A stretch of DNA of 55,775 nucleotides from an uncultured Gammaproteobacteria bacterium (GCA_964562855.1 CAZLVB010000004.1:1-55775), one strand, 5' to 3'. Positions 35,393-45,170 are shown, numbered from the stretch's first letter. Notes: generated by a model not told the origin, from the sequence alone. Made by a program: numbers and translations.

Positions 35393-35764
35393 GTGGAAAA
35401 ACGTGACGGTTTTTTAAAACATCAATTAATAAGTTTTTCCTATGCCTTGGAAGGGATTGTCTATAGTTTTAAAAAAGGTATCCATTTTAAAATTCACATT
35501 CTTGCGGCAGTAGTCGTCACGATTCTCGGTTTTGTGTATTCAATTACCGCACCCGAATGGCTTGTCGTGATTTTGATATCCTCAGCCGTAATTGCAGCGG
35601 AGGCCATTAACACGGCGATTGAAGAAACAGGAGATGTTTTGCATCCCGAACATCACCCCGGGGTAAAACTTGCCAAACATTGCGCGGCCGGCGGAGTACT
35701 TATTTTATCGATTGCCGCTGTTATTATTGGATTAATTATTTTTATCCCAAAGATCATTGGTTAA
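35393..35764 (+). CDS. dgkA: Diacylglycerol/undecaprenol kinase family membrane protein
   Basis: 123 aa with a GTG start. Contains AAEAINTAIEETGD and three TM helices. Confidence 0.85.
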   Translation: MEKRDGFLKHQLISFSYALEGIVYSFKKGIHFKIHILAAVVVTILGFVYSITAPEWLVVILISSAVIAAEAINTAIEETGDVLHPEHHPGVKLAKHCAAGGVLILSIAAVIIGLIIFIPKIIG

Positions 35765-35794
35765 ATAATCTGCTTGTGCTAAAATTTCATACCT

Positions 35795-37024
35795 ATGAAG
35801 GGGAGTTTTTATATCAAGACATTTGGTTGTCAACAGAATTTGGCAGACAGCCAGCGCATCGCTTCTTACTACGTGGCGCGCGGTTTTAAACCAGCCCGGA
35901 ATTCAAAGTCCGCATCAGAAATTGTTATTAACACCTGCATGGTCCGTCAGTCTGCAGAAGACAAAGTAACTGGACTGGTGAAGAATATTGCCAAATCCGC
36001 AAACGGCACGAAACCCAAGATTGTCATCACCGGCTGTATAGTAGGCATGGCCGTCCGCGATGAGTCAGGAAAATACTTAAGGGCTCTTAAAAAGAGAATG
36101 CCCGAAGTCGACGAATTTCTTCCACTTGAAGAAGTCGGTTTTGATTATCCGGCCCTAAGGAATGATGTAACCCATGCTTGGGTTCCAATATCAAACGGCT
36201 GCAATAACTTTTGCACGTTTTGTGTTGTCCCTTTCACCAGAGGTAGGGAAGTATCTCGACCTTTTGCAGACATCATTGTCGAAATCAAAGACTTGGCAAA
36301 TAAGGGGTGTAAAGAAATTACGCTTTTAGGCCAAAACGTCAATTCATATGGAGCAGATTTGGTAAAAAATGCCAAGGCAGGATACAAGCTGCCGAATGGT
36401 CGAATCGTCAAACCGGTGATGGTCAAACACTTAGGCAGATACAGGATTCCCACACTTTTCCCTTATTTACTCGGGGAAGTTTGTAAGATAGAGGCCCACC
36501 CCGCAAAGTCGAGTTCCTCGAATCTGAGTGATCTCGGAATCAAAGATCTGACTCGACGAAGTGGGGGAATTGAAACCGTTAAATTCATCTCTTCAAACCC
36601 TTGGGATTTCTCAGATGAACTGATTAAAGTCATTGCCAAAAATCCCAGAATTGACAGAAACCTTCATCTGGCTGTCCAATCCGGTGACAATTCAATTCTT
36701 AAAAAAATGAACAGATGGTACACAAGAGAGGAATATCTTGACCTTATAACAAGAATCAGATCTAAAATTCCCAAAGCTCAAATATCAACAGATATAATTG
36801 TGGGATTTCCCGGTGAAACTAATAAACAATTCGAAAATACGGTTAAGCTTGCCGAAGAGGTGAACTTCGCTTATGCCTACGTTTCCAAATACTCTGCCAG
36901 ACCAAATACAGCCGCTACAAAAGCCCTAAACGATAACGTTCCTCACATCGAAAAGGAGCGCCGTTTCCATATTCTAGACAAACTGATCAATCACAAAGGG
37001 AATCTGCGCACAGCAGTGCATTAG
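35795..37024 (+). CDS. miaB: Radical SAM methylthiotransferase (MiaB family, no TRAM domain) carrying an in-frame repeat insertion
   Basis: 409 aa. Contains FGCQQN, GCNNFCTFCVVPFTRG (CxxxCxxC) and SSNPWDF. The extra segment EAHPAKSSSSNLSDLGIKDLTRRSGG is encoded by the repeat at 36494-36570. Confidence 0.85.
   Translation: MKGSFYIKTFGCQQNLADSQRIASYYVARGFKPARNSKSASEIVINTCMVRQSAEDKVTGLVKNIAKSANGTKPKIVITGCIVGMAVRDESGKYLRALKKRMPEVDEFLPLEEVGFDYPALRNDVTHAWVPISNGCNNFCTFCVVPFTRGREVSRPFADIIVEIKDLANKGCKEITLLGQNVNSYGADLVKNAKAGYKLPNGRIVKPVMVKHLGRYRIPTLFPYLLGEVCKIEAHPAKSSSSNLSDLGIKDLTRRSGGIETVKFISSNPWDFSDELIKVIAKNPRIDRNLHLAVQSGDNSILKKMNRWYTREEYLDLITRIRSKIPKAQISTDIIVGFPGETNKQFENTVKLAEEVNFAYAYVSKYSARPNTAATKALNDNVPHIEKERRFHILDKLINHKGNLRTAVH
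36494..36570. repeat. GC-rich palindromic element inserted in-frame in miaB
   Basis: The reverse complement of 36511-36560 matches 8501-8553. The outer arms CCCACCCCGCAAAGTCGAG / CTCGACGAAGTGGGGG are inverted repeats. Length is about 77 nt, equal to about 26 codons. Confidence 0.85.
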
Positions 37025-37028
37025 AATT

Positions 37029-37961
37029 TTACTTTTTGGATACAATCGAATCAACTATATAAAGAGGCCTTTTTTTCACTTCTTCATAAACTCTGCCCAA
37101 ATACTCCCCGATAATGCCGACAGAAATTAACTGTATACTGCCCAAAAAAAGTATGATCACCGTAGTGGAAGCCCACCCGGGAACAGTTTGGCCGATAACA
37201 GTTCTGTACACAGAATAAATTATCAATAAAAGCAAAACCGCCACAGTCACAACTCCCATGATAGAAACGATTCTTAATGGCATCAGAGAAAAAGACAAAA
37301 TGCCGTCAAGCGCGAATTTTATCATTGAAAATAACGGGTACTTGGTTTTCCCTGATAATCTTTTATCCCTTACGAATTCTATACCTACTTGAGAGAATCC
37401 AACCCAGCTGATTAGGCCTCTCATGAATCTCTGGTATTCTCTTGTTCTTCTTAAAACTAAAATAACTTTTCTAGATATTAACCTGAAGTCACCCGTGTCA
37501 AGAGGAATTTTAGTTCCCGATAGAGTCCTCATCAATCTATAAAAAATAGAGGCCGTAAGTTTTTTAAAAATACTTTCGCCCTCCCTTGCTTTTCGTACAG
37601 CATAGACGACATCAAAACCCTCCTGCCATTTTTTGATCATTTTTGGAATTACTTCCGGCGGATCCTGTAAATCTGCGTCAATAATAATCGCCGCATCTCC
37701 AATCGCATGATCAATGCCGCAGCTGATGGCAATTTGGTGTCCAAAATTTCTGGATAAATTTATAAGTTTTATATTCTTATCTTTAACGATTATTTTCTCT
37801 ATAATCTCCTCTGATCGATCGTCGGACCCATCATTTACAAAAATAATCTCGTATTTAAAACCCTTAAGGTTCTTTCCAATTCTCTCATACAAAATTGGAA
37901 TATTTTCTTCCTCGTTTAAAACCGGAATAATTATGGAAATCAAGTTATCCTGCATGACCAT
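37029..37961 (-). CDS. GT2 family glycosyltransferase (polyprenyl-phosphate sugar synthase, Dpm1/ArnC-like)
   Basis: 310 aa. Contains IIIPVLNEE, FVNDGSDD, DADLQDPPE and two C-terminal TM helices. Confidence 0.85.
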   Translation of the reverse strand: MVMQDNLISIIIPVLNEEENIPILYERIGKNLKGFKYEIIFVNDGSDDRSEEIIEKIIVKDKNIKLINLSRNFGHQIAISCGIDHAIGDAAIIIDADLQDPPEVIPKMIKKWQEGFDVVYAVRKAREGESIFKKLTASIFYRLMRTLSGTKIPLDTGDFRLISRKVILVLRRTREYQRFMRGLISWVGFSQVGIEFVRDKRLSGKTKYPLFSMIKFALDGILSFSLMPLRIVSIMGVVTVAVLLLLIIYSVYRTVIGQTVPGWASTTVIILFLGSIQLISVGIIGEYLGRVYEEVKKRPLYIVDSIVSKK

Positions 37962-37991
37962 AAACTTCCGAGGACTAAGAGTCCTCGGCCT

Positions 37992-38009
37992 TGCCTGCCG
38001 GCAGGCAGG
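37992..38009. repeat. CTGCC palindrome copy in the intergenic spacer
   Basis: TGCCTGCCGGCAGGCAGG is identical to 15271-15288. It is preceded by the hairpin CCGAGGACTAAGAGTCCTCGG. Confidence 0.85.
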
Positions 38010-38197
38010 TATTCTCCTTCAAGTTTTAGGCCCGCATCCGCCTTTGGCGGAGAGGACCGCATGGCACTGTATACATGAGCGAGTAGATACTTTAGTCCTC
38101 ATAAGTATGTATTCGCTTTCGCATTCATCCCAACGACTTACTCAGGGTGTTCTGCGAGCGACCATAAAAAGTATACCATTAACACCTTAATTAAATA

Positions 38198-39538
38198 TTA
38201 GCGCCAAGAATTCAACCAGAAATAATAATTGTTAAAGTTGGTTGAGACTGGGACTGCCGCTACATGAGGGTAAAAATAAGCGAATGTCGCAATTACCAGC
38301 AACAAATATCCCAAAACTACGACTTTCCCACCCTTCAACTGCCAAAAATCATTAAGCGCAATTGCCAGCAAAATAGCCAGAAATATCACTGATGGGGTGT
38401 AGTGGTATAAAAACATTATTCTTGGCGATAGAGCCCAGGGAAGCCAAAAACCCAAGAAACCGCAAATAACCAGTCCTAGGGAAAATGTAGGTTTTTTGAT
38501 AAATTTATATACAGTGTAAATAACCGCTAATATTCCCGGCCAAAAAATTGCCGGGTTGCCGAAAGCATAAATTTGGGCAATTTTGTCGCCAAAGTTTCCA
38601 ACATAATAATAGACAGGTCTAAGATCAAAAGGCCATGTATACCATAATGACTGATAAGCATGGGTAGCCTTAAGCCTTGTGTGATACCAATACATTTGCT
38701 GATTGACGTTCCAGACAATGGCCATTTTGTCGCAGAAATCGTTTGCCAAAACCGGGCGGCAAAGTGCCTGTTCAATCATTACCACTTTACTTCTTCGGTC
38801 GATACGTTCAGCAATAGTAGGATCACTGACAAAGAAAAATGGCGTGTAAGACAAAAAATAAATAATTACTGGAATTAGGCCAAAAAAGATAGGACCCCTA
38901 ATCAGTGCCTTTTTAATCAATAATTTTCTCTCTGCGCCTGTTTTTTTAAGAAATTCATTCACAAACCAAAACGCAAAAATGAAAATAATGTAGACAGAAG
39001 TCCACTTAGAAGCAAGTGAAGCCCCAAAAAAGAGTCCGGTCAGCAAATATCTTCTGGATAGTAACGACCAAATGGTTAAAAGCATGAAAAAAATAAAATA
39101 GGCATCATTCATACCAATTCTAGATTGAACAAAAAGCAAGCTTTCAAAAATCAAAAGTAAAGAAGCTGTCAGTGCTATGAATCGACTGTTGAAAAGTTTT
39201 TTAGTCAAAAGATAGACTAAAAATATAATTCCGACTCCGGCCAGGGCGCCAAAAAACCTCCAACCAAATGGATTCATTCCAAAAATAATCATTCCTCCAG
39301 CCATAAAAAGTTTAGCCAGCGGAGGGTGGGTCCACTCGTAAGCAAAACCGGCAGGCGGCGTATTCCAGAATTCCCAGGCGGCAGGATTTCCTAAAAGCAT
39401 TTCTTTGGCAGTAAAAGCATGGTAAACCTCGTCAAAATGATAAGTATCGGGAGTGCCAAGTCGCCAAAATCTGGTAAAAAAAGCAAGAAGAAGAATTAGT
39501 AAGATTGGCAAAAACTTAAATAGTTTTTGGTTGATCAA
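38198..39538 (-). CDS. GT-C membrane glycosyltransferase, PMT (GT39)-like
   Basis: 446 aa, polytopic. YHFDEVYHAFTAKE is a first-loop DE motif, and the C-terminal region is PMT-like. Confidence 0.7.
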   Translation of the reverse strand: MINQKLFKFLPILLILLLAFFTRFWRLGTPDTYHFDEVYHAFTAKEMLLGNPAAWEFWNTPPAGFAYEWTHPPLAKLFMAGGMIIFGMNPFGWRFFGALAGVGIIFLVYLLTKKLFNSRFIALTASLLLIFESLLFVQSRIGMNDAYFIFFMLLTIWSLLSRRYLLTGLFFGASLASKWTSVYIIFIFAFWFVNEFLKKTGAERKLLIKKALIRGPIFFGLIPVIIYFLSYTPFFFVSDPTIAERIDRRSKVVMIEQALCRPVLANDFCDKMAIVWNVNQQMYWYHTRLKATHAYQSLWYTWPFDLRPVYYYVGNFGDKIAQIYAFGNPAIFWPGILAVIYTVYKFIKKPTFSLGLVICGFLGFWLPWALSPRIMFLYHYTPSVIFLAILLAIALNDFWQLKGGKVVVLGYLLLVIATFAYFYPHVAAVPVSTNFNNYYFWLNSWR

Positions 39539-40733
39539 AATCGGACCTCTCTTTTAATAATATGGTAAGTAATATAACAAACACAAAAATATTTATAATG
39601 GAAATTAGATTGATTATATTCGTACCAAAAATGAAGCGAAAATTTTGAGTTACCCACACAAAACTGAAATATAAATTAGCTATATAAGTAACGGATAATA
39701 TGCCCACAAAAATCCAAAGTTCTTTCTTAAATATCGCCGCAAGCATCAGGAAGATTAAAGGTGTCAAAAGCAATCTTTCGTGGACTCTTGTTAAAAAAAT
39801 GAAAGCGCCTAAAAACATCAAAGCTAGCGAAAAATTAAGAATAAATATTTTTTCTAAGGCTGTATCGACTCTATATTTTCTCCAAAAATTCCACAATATT
39901 AAAATTGTGATAATTGTAAATGTTAGCAATCCCCAGTAATGCAAAGTTAACCCAGACCAAATTTGTGAATCGGGCCTCCACCATCTTTGACCAATCGCCC
40001 AAAAGTTGAAGGCATTAACACTTGTATACTGGTACTGATCCAAGCCCACCGAATAACGTTCAAAAATAAATCGAAAAAGATTTAGTTTATTGGAAAACGG
40101 AATAAATGCCCCTAAAAACAAAAAGGAGGAGATTATGACACCCTTGAGAAATTCAGAAACTGGCCATTTGTCTTTGACGACTACAAGAATAATAAATGGC
40201 AAAAGAAAGATTCCTTGTGGTTTGACAAGCAGAGCAATTGCTAAACTTATTCCTGATAGTATTGTTCTTTTCTGAAGCAAAAAAAGAAAAGTAAGAATAT
40301 AAAATAAAGTGTTTATAACATCGATTTGGCCCCAAAGAGAAGAATTGGCAAAAATGGCCGGATTAAATGCAAATATACTAGCTATAATTAAAGACTTTTT
40401 CTGACTAAAAAACTTCTGGCTCGCTTTATAAGCTACAAAAACAAGTGTTAAATCGGCCAATATCGCAGGCAACTTATAGATAGTTTCCACAGGAATTGTC
40501 AGGCCAATTCCGTAAAGGAAGTTTTTAATATAACCTAAAAGCCATAATACATAAAGGTAGCCAGGGAGATAATCCGACCAAGCATCATAAAATCTCAAAA
40601 ATCCAACCTCCACCAACCTATTACTCCACCCAATCCAATCGCCGATATCAATTGGGAGACTTCCATAAGGTGCAATCATCAATCTGAAGACAAAAGCAAC
40701 TGCTAAAATTAGTACAATTAGATAATTCATCAA
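39516..40733 (-). CDS. GT-C fold polytopic membrane glycosyltransferase (family unresolved)
   Basis: 405 aa with more than 9 TM helices. Has an early loop DIGDWIGWS...FYDAWSDYLPGYLY. Overlaps its downstream neighbour by 23 nt. Confidence 0.55.
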   Translation of the reverse strand: MMNYLIVLILAVAFVFRLMIAPYGSLPIDIGDWIGWSNRLVEVGFLRFYDAWSDYLPGYLYVLWLLGYIKNFLYGIGLTIPVETIYKLPAILADLTLVFVAYKASQKFFSQKKSLIIASIFAFNPAIFANSSLWGQIDVINTLFYILTFLFLLQKRTILSGISLAIALLVKPQGIFLLPFIILVVVKDKWPVSEFLKGVIISSFLFLGAFIPFSNKLNLFRFIFERYSVGLDQYQYTSVNAFNFWAIGQRWWRPDSQIWSGLTLHYWGLLTFTIITILILWNFWRKYRVDTALEKIFILNFSLALMFLGAFIFLTRVHERLLLTPLIFLMLAAIFKKELWIFVGILSVTYIANLYFSFVWVTQNFRFIFGTNIINLISIINIFVFVILLTILLKERSDFDQPKTI

Positions 40734-40743
40734 CTATAAAAAT

Positions 40744-42000
40744 CTATATATTTAGTAACCACAAAGTACCTAAAATGTTAACAGCTAAAGAAATTGTGAA
40801 TAATGATAAGACAAATACAAAATGGAAATCATCTACAACTCTTGCTAATAATAAAATAATCAGAGGAATAGCGTCCAAGACATACCGGTAATTAAATTGG
40901 AGCCATCCAGTACCCCAAAATGATAGATGGAATAAAATTATTAATAAAATACAAAATATAATTGAAAGATTAAAAAGAATAGAGACCAAGTTTTTCCAAT
41001 ATTTTTTGTTGAAAATATAAAATACAAGAAAAAATAATGGAGATAAAAGCAAAAAGCTGTTCCCTTCTGGATCAAATTTGATATATGGGAAAATATTGAT
41101 AAATTTCGGAGCATTAATAAACATATAATGAAAATTGTGTGGTATGTATGCAAAGTTTAAAATTCCGAATTTAATTTTATCTTCTGTAAATCGTAGGGCA
41201 AATTTTTGATAAGAATAGCCACTCTCCAAGACTGAACCAAATCTTTGGTAATTATATATGCCTGCTATTATTAATATTATTAAGAATACACATAAAGAAT
41301 AAGTGAGCCTTTTTATCCCCAGGCTGAATTTATCTTTTGCTTTTAGATGACTGATTATAATTAAGGTGAGAAAAAAAGGTAAATAAAATATGAATGTATT
41401 CCGACCCCATATCGCCAATCCTAAGAATGATGATGATGTTAATAAATAAATAAGGTATTTTTTCTTAACATAAATTAAAAGAAGAGCTAAAGAGATTAGT
41501 GAAAATAATGTTGTTACAGCTTGTGATGTAAACCAAACACCTCCGTTGACAGATACCGAAAAATAAACTGTGCCGAAGGCGAAAAATAAACAAAGTAGGA
41601 AGATTTTAAAATTTGACAAACGTGCCAATCCTATTTTTCGCATCTGACTTAATGTTGTATATAAAGCTAAAGGCCCAAAGGCTCCCAAAATCGCTGTGTA
41701 TAAGGCATCACTGAAATTAACCCCAAAGGGAATCATGAAAGGCAAAATAAAAAGTATGGGAGTAGGACCCCAATACATATATTTTTTCCCTTTAAAAAAA
41801 CTAAGATCATGATCCCATGAAGGATTATCAAGGGAAAGTTTACCTGACAAGACGGAGTAAGATAAATGGCTAAAGTAATTTGCAGGGTTTGTGGGAAATG
41901 AAAAAGTTAACCTTCCAGCAAATAATATATATAGCGTTAACGACGTAATCAGTAATATCATTGGGTAAATAGATAGTGAATGAATAAAATTAAGTTTCAT
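40744..42000 (-). CDS. GT-C fold polytopic membrane glycosyltransferase (family unresolved)
   Basis: 418 aa with many TM helices. Has the loop DHDLSFFKGKKYMYWGPTP. Confidence 0.5.
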   Translation of the reverse strand: MKLNFIHSLSIYPMILLITSLTLYILFAGRLTFSFPTNPANYFSHLSYSVLSGKLSLDNPSWDHDLSFFKGKKYMYWGPTPILFILPFMIPFGVNFSDALYTAILGAFGPLALYTTLSQMRKIGLARLSNFKIFLLCLFFAFGTVYFSVSVNGGVWFTSQAVTTLFSLISLALLLIYVKKKYLIYLLTSSSFLGLAIWGRNTFIFYLPFFLTLIIISHLKAKDKFSLGIKRLTYSLCVFLIILIIAGIYNYQRFGSVLESGYSYQKFALRFTEDKIKFGILNFAYIPHNFHYMFINAPKFINIFPYIKFDPEGNSFLLLSPLFFLVFYIFNKKYWKNLVSILFNLSIIFCILLIILFHLSFWGTGWLQFNYRYVLDAIPLIILLLARVVDDFHFVFVLSLFTISLAVNILGTLWLLNI

Positions 42001-42029
42001 TAGCTTGCATGATTAAAATAAATGTAAAT

Positions 42030-43130
42030 TTAAAAAGCCCATTGTCCCATCACGAATAGGGTATTAAAAAATAGTAAAAATGCTCCAGAGATAAAAGTAA
42101 AAACAATAAAAAGGAATTTATTATTTGTCCACGTAGCCAATATTATATAGATGGGGAATAAAACTAACGAATATCTAGGTGTACTTAAAATAAATGATGT
42201 TGAGGAAAATAATAAAAAGGAAGAAATAATGTAAATACCCCATGGTTTTCTTACCCTGATGAGAATATATAACCCTAAAATAAGCAATGAGATTAAATAA
42301 ATTGGTTCTTGAGAGAAAACTAAAAATTCTCGGAAATTATCATGTTGTAAGGCATAAGCGATACTGTTTTTAATTCCCACCCATGGAAAGGAAAAAGATT
42401 TATACCAATGATCATAAAGAACACTCAAAAAATAAAATGGATTTTTAAAAAGAGACCAATTCAATAATAAATATACCGAGAACCCACCCAAAATACTTAT
42501 AGGATAAAAAACATCGCTCAATTTTCTACTTCTTCCTGTAAGAGTTATAAGCAGAAAAGAGTTTAATCTTGTCAAACCAGCTAAAAATCCTACAAGAGAA
42601 GAAACAAAAACCCTCTTTTTATAAATAGCTAAATATCCTCCTAATGACAAAGCCAAAAAAACACTTTCAGTATATCCGGATAGCATAAAATATGAGGTGG
42701 GGAAGATATTCAAAAACCAAACTGCCCTAGCACCATTTTTTTCTCCAAAATTCTCGATGGCTAGCCTATATAAAAGAATACTTGCAAAAATACTTCCTAA
42801 AAAAGAAACTATCATACCAGCCAAGATAAAATTTCCGAAAGTTACAAAACTAAAAATTTTGACTAAAAAAGGATAAAAGGGTAAAAAGACAATGAAAACA
42901 TCCTCCCGCATGTTGGTTAGGGGAGTCGATCTGTAACCATTTTCGGCTATGAAAAGATAATGTTGTGAATCCCATCTATTCCAGATCTCTAAGAATTGAG
43001 ACGGGGAAGAAATCGTCTGTTGAGTAAAAATTTGGAATGCGAAAAACGAGAATATAAGAAGGGAAATTTTAGTTAATAGGCAAATCGCCAGAGGTTTCTT
43101 GTATTTGTTAATAAATTTATTTAAAAACAC
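42030..43130 (-). CDS. GT-C mannosyltransferase, PIG-V/Gpi18-like
   Basis: 366 aa. Contains WNRWDSQHYLFIAENGY, typical of the PIG-V family. Polytopic. Confidence 0.6.
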   Translation of the reverse strand: MFLNKFINKYKKPLAICLLTKISLLIFSFFAFQIFTQQTISSPSQFLEIWNRWDSQHYLFIAENGYRSTPLTNMREDVFIVFLPFYPFLVKIFSFVTFGNFILAGMIVSFLGSIFASILLYRLAIENFGEKNGARAVWFLNIFPTSYFMLSGYTESVFLALSLGGYLAIYKKRVFVSSLVGFLAGLTRLNSFLLITLTGRSRKLSDVFYPISILGGFSVYLLLNWSLFKNPFYFLSVLYDHWYKSFSFPWVGIKNSIAYALQHDNFREFLVFSQEPIYLISLLILGLYILIRVRKPWGIYIISSFLLFSSTSFILSTPRYSLVLFPIYIILATWTNNKFLFIVFTFISGAFLLFFNTLFVMGQWAF

Positions 43131-43142
43131 CGCTTTTAGTAT

Positions 43143-44117
43143 ATGGAAAATTTATCAGATAGGAAAGCAGTTGTCATTTATGGCACTACAGCAACCGGTA
43201 AAACTGCACTTGCCATAAAGCTTGCAAAAAAGTTCAACGGCGAACTTATTTCAGCCGATTCACGACAGGTATACAAAGGTCTTGATATCGGAACCGGCAA
43301 GGTAAGCTTAGAGTCGAAAGTGGAGAAGCACAAAGGTTTCTGGATTGTCGATGGCACAAAAATCCACGGTTTTGATCTTGTAGAACCTGGTGGTCAATTT
43401 ACTGTCGCAAACTTCCTCGAGGTCGCTTCTGCTTCATTGTTTCGAATCAGTGCAGCAAAAAAGTTACCAATAATTGTCGGAGGCACTGGTTTTTATATGA
43501 AAGCGTTGATTGATGGTATTGGGTCAATCGGTGTTCCTTCTGATATGAAACTTCGTAATCGACTCGAAAAATTGTCTGTCGATCAACTTTATCAAAAACT
43601 TGAAAAGATTAACCTCAATCGCGCAAAAGCCATGAACGAGTCAGACAGAAAAAATCCGAGACGTTTGATTAGGGCGATTGAAGTTGCAACATATAAAAAG
43701 AAATCCTCCTTCGCTCATGAAGTGTCGGAGGACAAGCAAGAAGCTACCCACTACTCACTACCAACTACAAACTACCTGCTCTTCGGACTGACCGCTCCTA
43801 ACGGCTATCTTTACACAAGAGCAGATCTTTGGCTGGAAACTCGTCTTAAACATGGAATGGTTAGGGAAGTCGAAAGTCTCATAAAACAAGGGATAAGCAC
43901 CAGATGGCTTGACGATCTCGGCCTTGAATACCGATGGATAGTAAGATATTTAAAAAAAGAGGTGGACTACGATCAAATGGTCGAAAAATTAAAAGGCGAT
44001 ATCCATAGTTTCATAAGACGTCAAAAAACTTGGTTCAGAAAATTTAGACAAATGCAGCTGTTTGATATCTCCAAATCTGATTATCAAAAACGAATAGAAA
44101 AAGTCATTAATGACTGA
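43143..44117 (+). CDS. miaA: tRNA dimethylallyltransferase
   Basis: 324 aa. GTTATGKTALA is a P-loop. Also contains ISADSRQVYKGLDIGTGK. Confidence 0.93.
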   Translation: MENLSDRKAVVIYGTTATGKTALAIKLAKKFNGELISADSRQVYKGLDIGTGKVSLESKVEKHKGFWIVDGTKIHGFDLVEPGGQFTVANFLEVASASLFRISAAKKLPIIVGGTGFYMKALIDGIGSIGVPSDMKLRNRLEKLSVDQLYQKLEKINLNRAKAMNESDRKNPRRLIRAIEVATYKKKSSFAHEVSEDKQEATHYSLPTTNYLLFGLTAPNGYLYTRADLWLETRLKHGMVREVESLIKQGISTRWLDDLGLEYRWIVRYLKKEVDYDQMVEKLKGDIHSFIRRQKTWFRKFRQMQLFDISKSDYQKRIEKVIND

Positions 44118-44130
44118 TATACTTTAGAAA

Positions 44131-45162
44131 ATGCCTGAAGACAGACCACCAGTCAGAGTAGAAATCTCCTATAAAACTGTAGTTTTCGCAACACTGTTTT
44201 TAATAGGCCTTTGGTTCATTATTCAAATTAGAGAAATAATCATTTTAGTATTTCTTTCGATTATTCTTTTAGCGGCGCTTTTAAAGCCTGTTGAGTGGTT
44301 AAATTCAAAAGGCGTACCAAGAGTACTTTCAGTTCTGCTTGTTTATATCCTCGTAATTTCCTTTATTTCCGCAGTTATTGGTGTGATTGTTCCACCATTA
44401 ATATCGCAGACGTCTGATCTTATCTCCCGGCTTCCTCAAATAATATCGACGATCAACGATTTTTTGATATTTCATCAAATACCAGTTGAAGATCTTTCTC
44501 AACTTATTGCCAGGCAAATCCAAAGCATTGGCGGAAATTTAATAGCAATTTCAAAAACAATTCTCTCAAGCATATTTCTACTTTTAACAATTTTGGTCTT
44601 TACTTTTTATTTGCTCTTAGATTGGAAGAAGTTTGTGAAGCTTGTTTCTTCCCCATTTTCCGGAAAACAGGAGAAAAAAATTTCTGAGGTAATGATTAAA
44701 GTAGAAAGAGGACTGGGAAGATGGGTCAGGGGTCAGCTGGCCCTTTCGATGATTGTTGGGGTTTTAACTTACGTAGGCCTTAGAATTCTAGGAATTCCGT
44801 ATGCGGTACCTCTTGCACTTATTGCTGGAATTCTTGAAATCGTCCCGATAATTGGGCCGATTGTTTCTGCTATTCCGGCAATTCTGGTTGGTTTAACAAT
44901 CGCGCCCGTCATGGGACTGGCTGTTGCCGCATTGTTTCTAATAGTTCAACAATTGGAAAATAATTTTATCGTTCCGATGGTAATGTCCAGGGTGGTTGGG
45001 CTTCAGCCCCCGATTATTATCATTGCTCTTTTAATCGGAGCCAAACTTGCTGGCATTGGAGGGGCATTTTTGGCTGTGCCAGTTATTGTTGTCACAAAAA
45101 TTATTATTGCGGAAATATTGTCCGAAGATGAACGATTGGAAGACGACCTAAAGGAAGATTAA
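44131..45162 (+). CDS. AI-2E family transporter (PerM-like permease)
   Basis: 343 aa with 8 TM helices. Contains LIAGILEIVPIIGPIVSAIPA. Confidence 0.85.
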   Translation: MPEDRPPVRVEISYKTVVFATLFLIGLWFIIQIREIIILVFLSIILLAALLKPVEWLNSKGVPRVLSVLLVYILVISFISAVIGVIVPPLISQTSDLISRLPQIISTINDFLIFHQIPVEDLSQLIARQIQSIGGNLIAISKTILSSIFLLLTILVFTFYLLLDWKKFVKLVSSPFSGKQEKKISEVMIKVERGLGRWVRGQLALSMIVGVLTYVGLRILGIPYAVPLALIAGILEIVPIIGPIVSAIPAILVGLTIAPVMGLAVAALFLIVQQLENNFIVPMVMSRVVGLQPPIIIIALLIGAKLAGIGGAFLAVPVIVVTKIIIAEILSEDERLEDDLKED

Positions 45163-45170
45163 AAGCTTTT

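Noticed and set aside
37714-38190. 158-aa plus-strand ORF
   Set aside because: Its first half is antisense to the well-supported GT2 gene. Its second half reads through the GC-rich hairpin spacer.
43700-43800. Possible in-frame repeat insertion in miaA (TCCTCC...GGAGGA hairpin; ACTACTCACTACCAACTACAAACTAC resembling the rpsC-rplP spacer 18850-18880)
   Set aside because: Comparison with the remembered E. coli MiaA layout shows only about 7 extra residues in this variable linker. The nucleotide similarity is low-complexity and weak.
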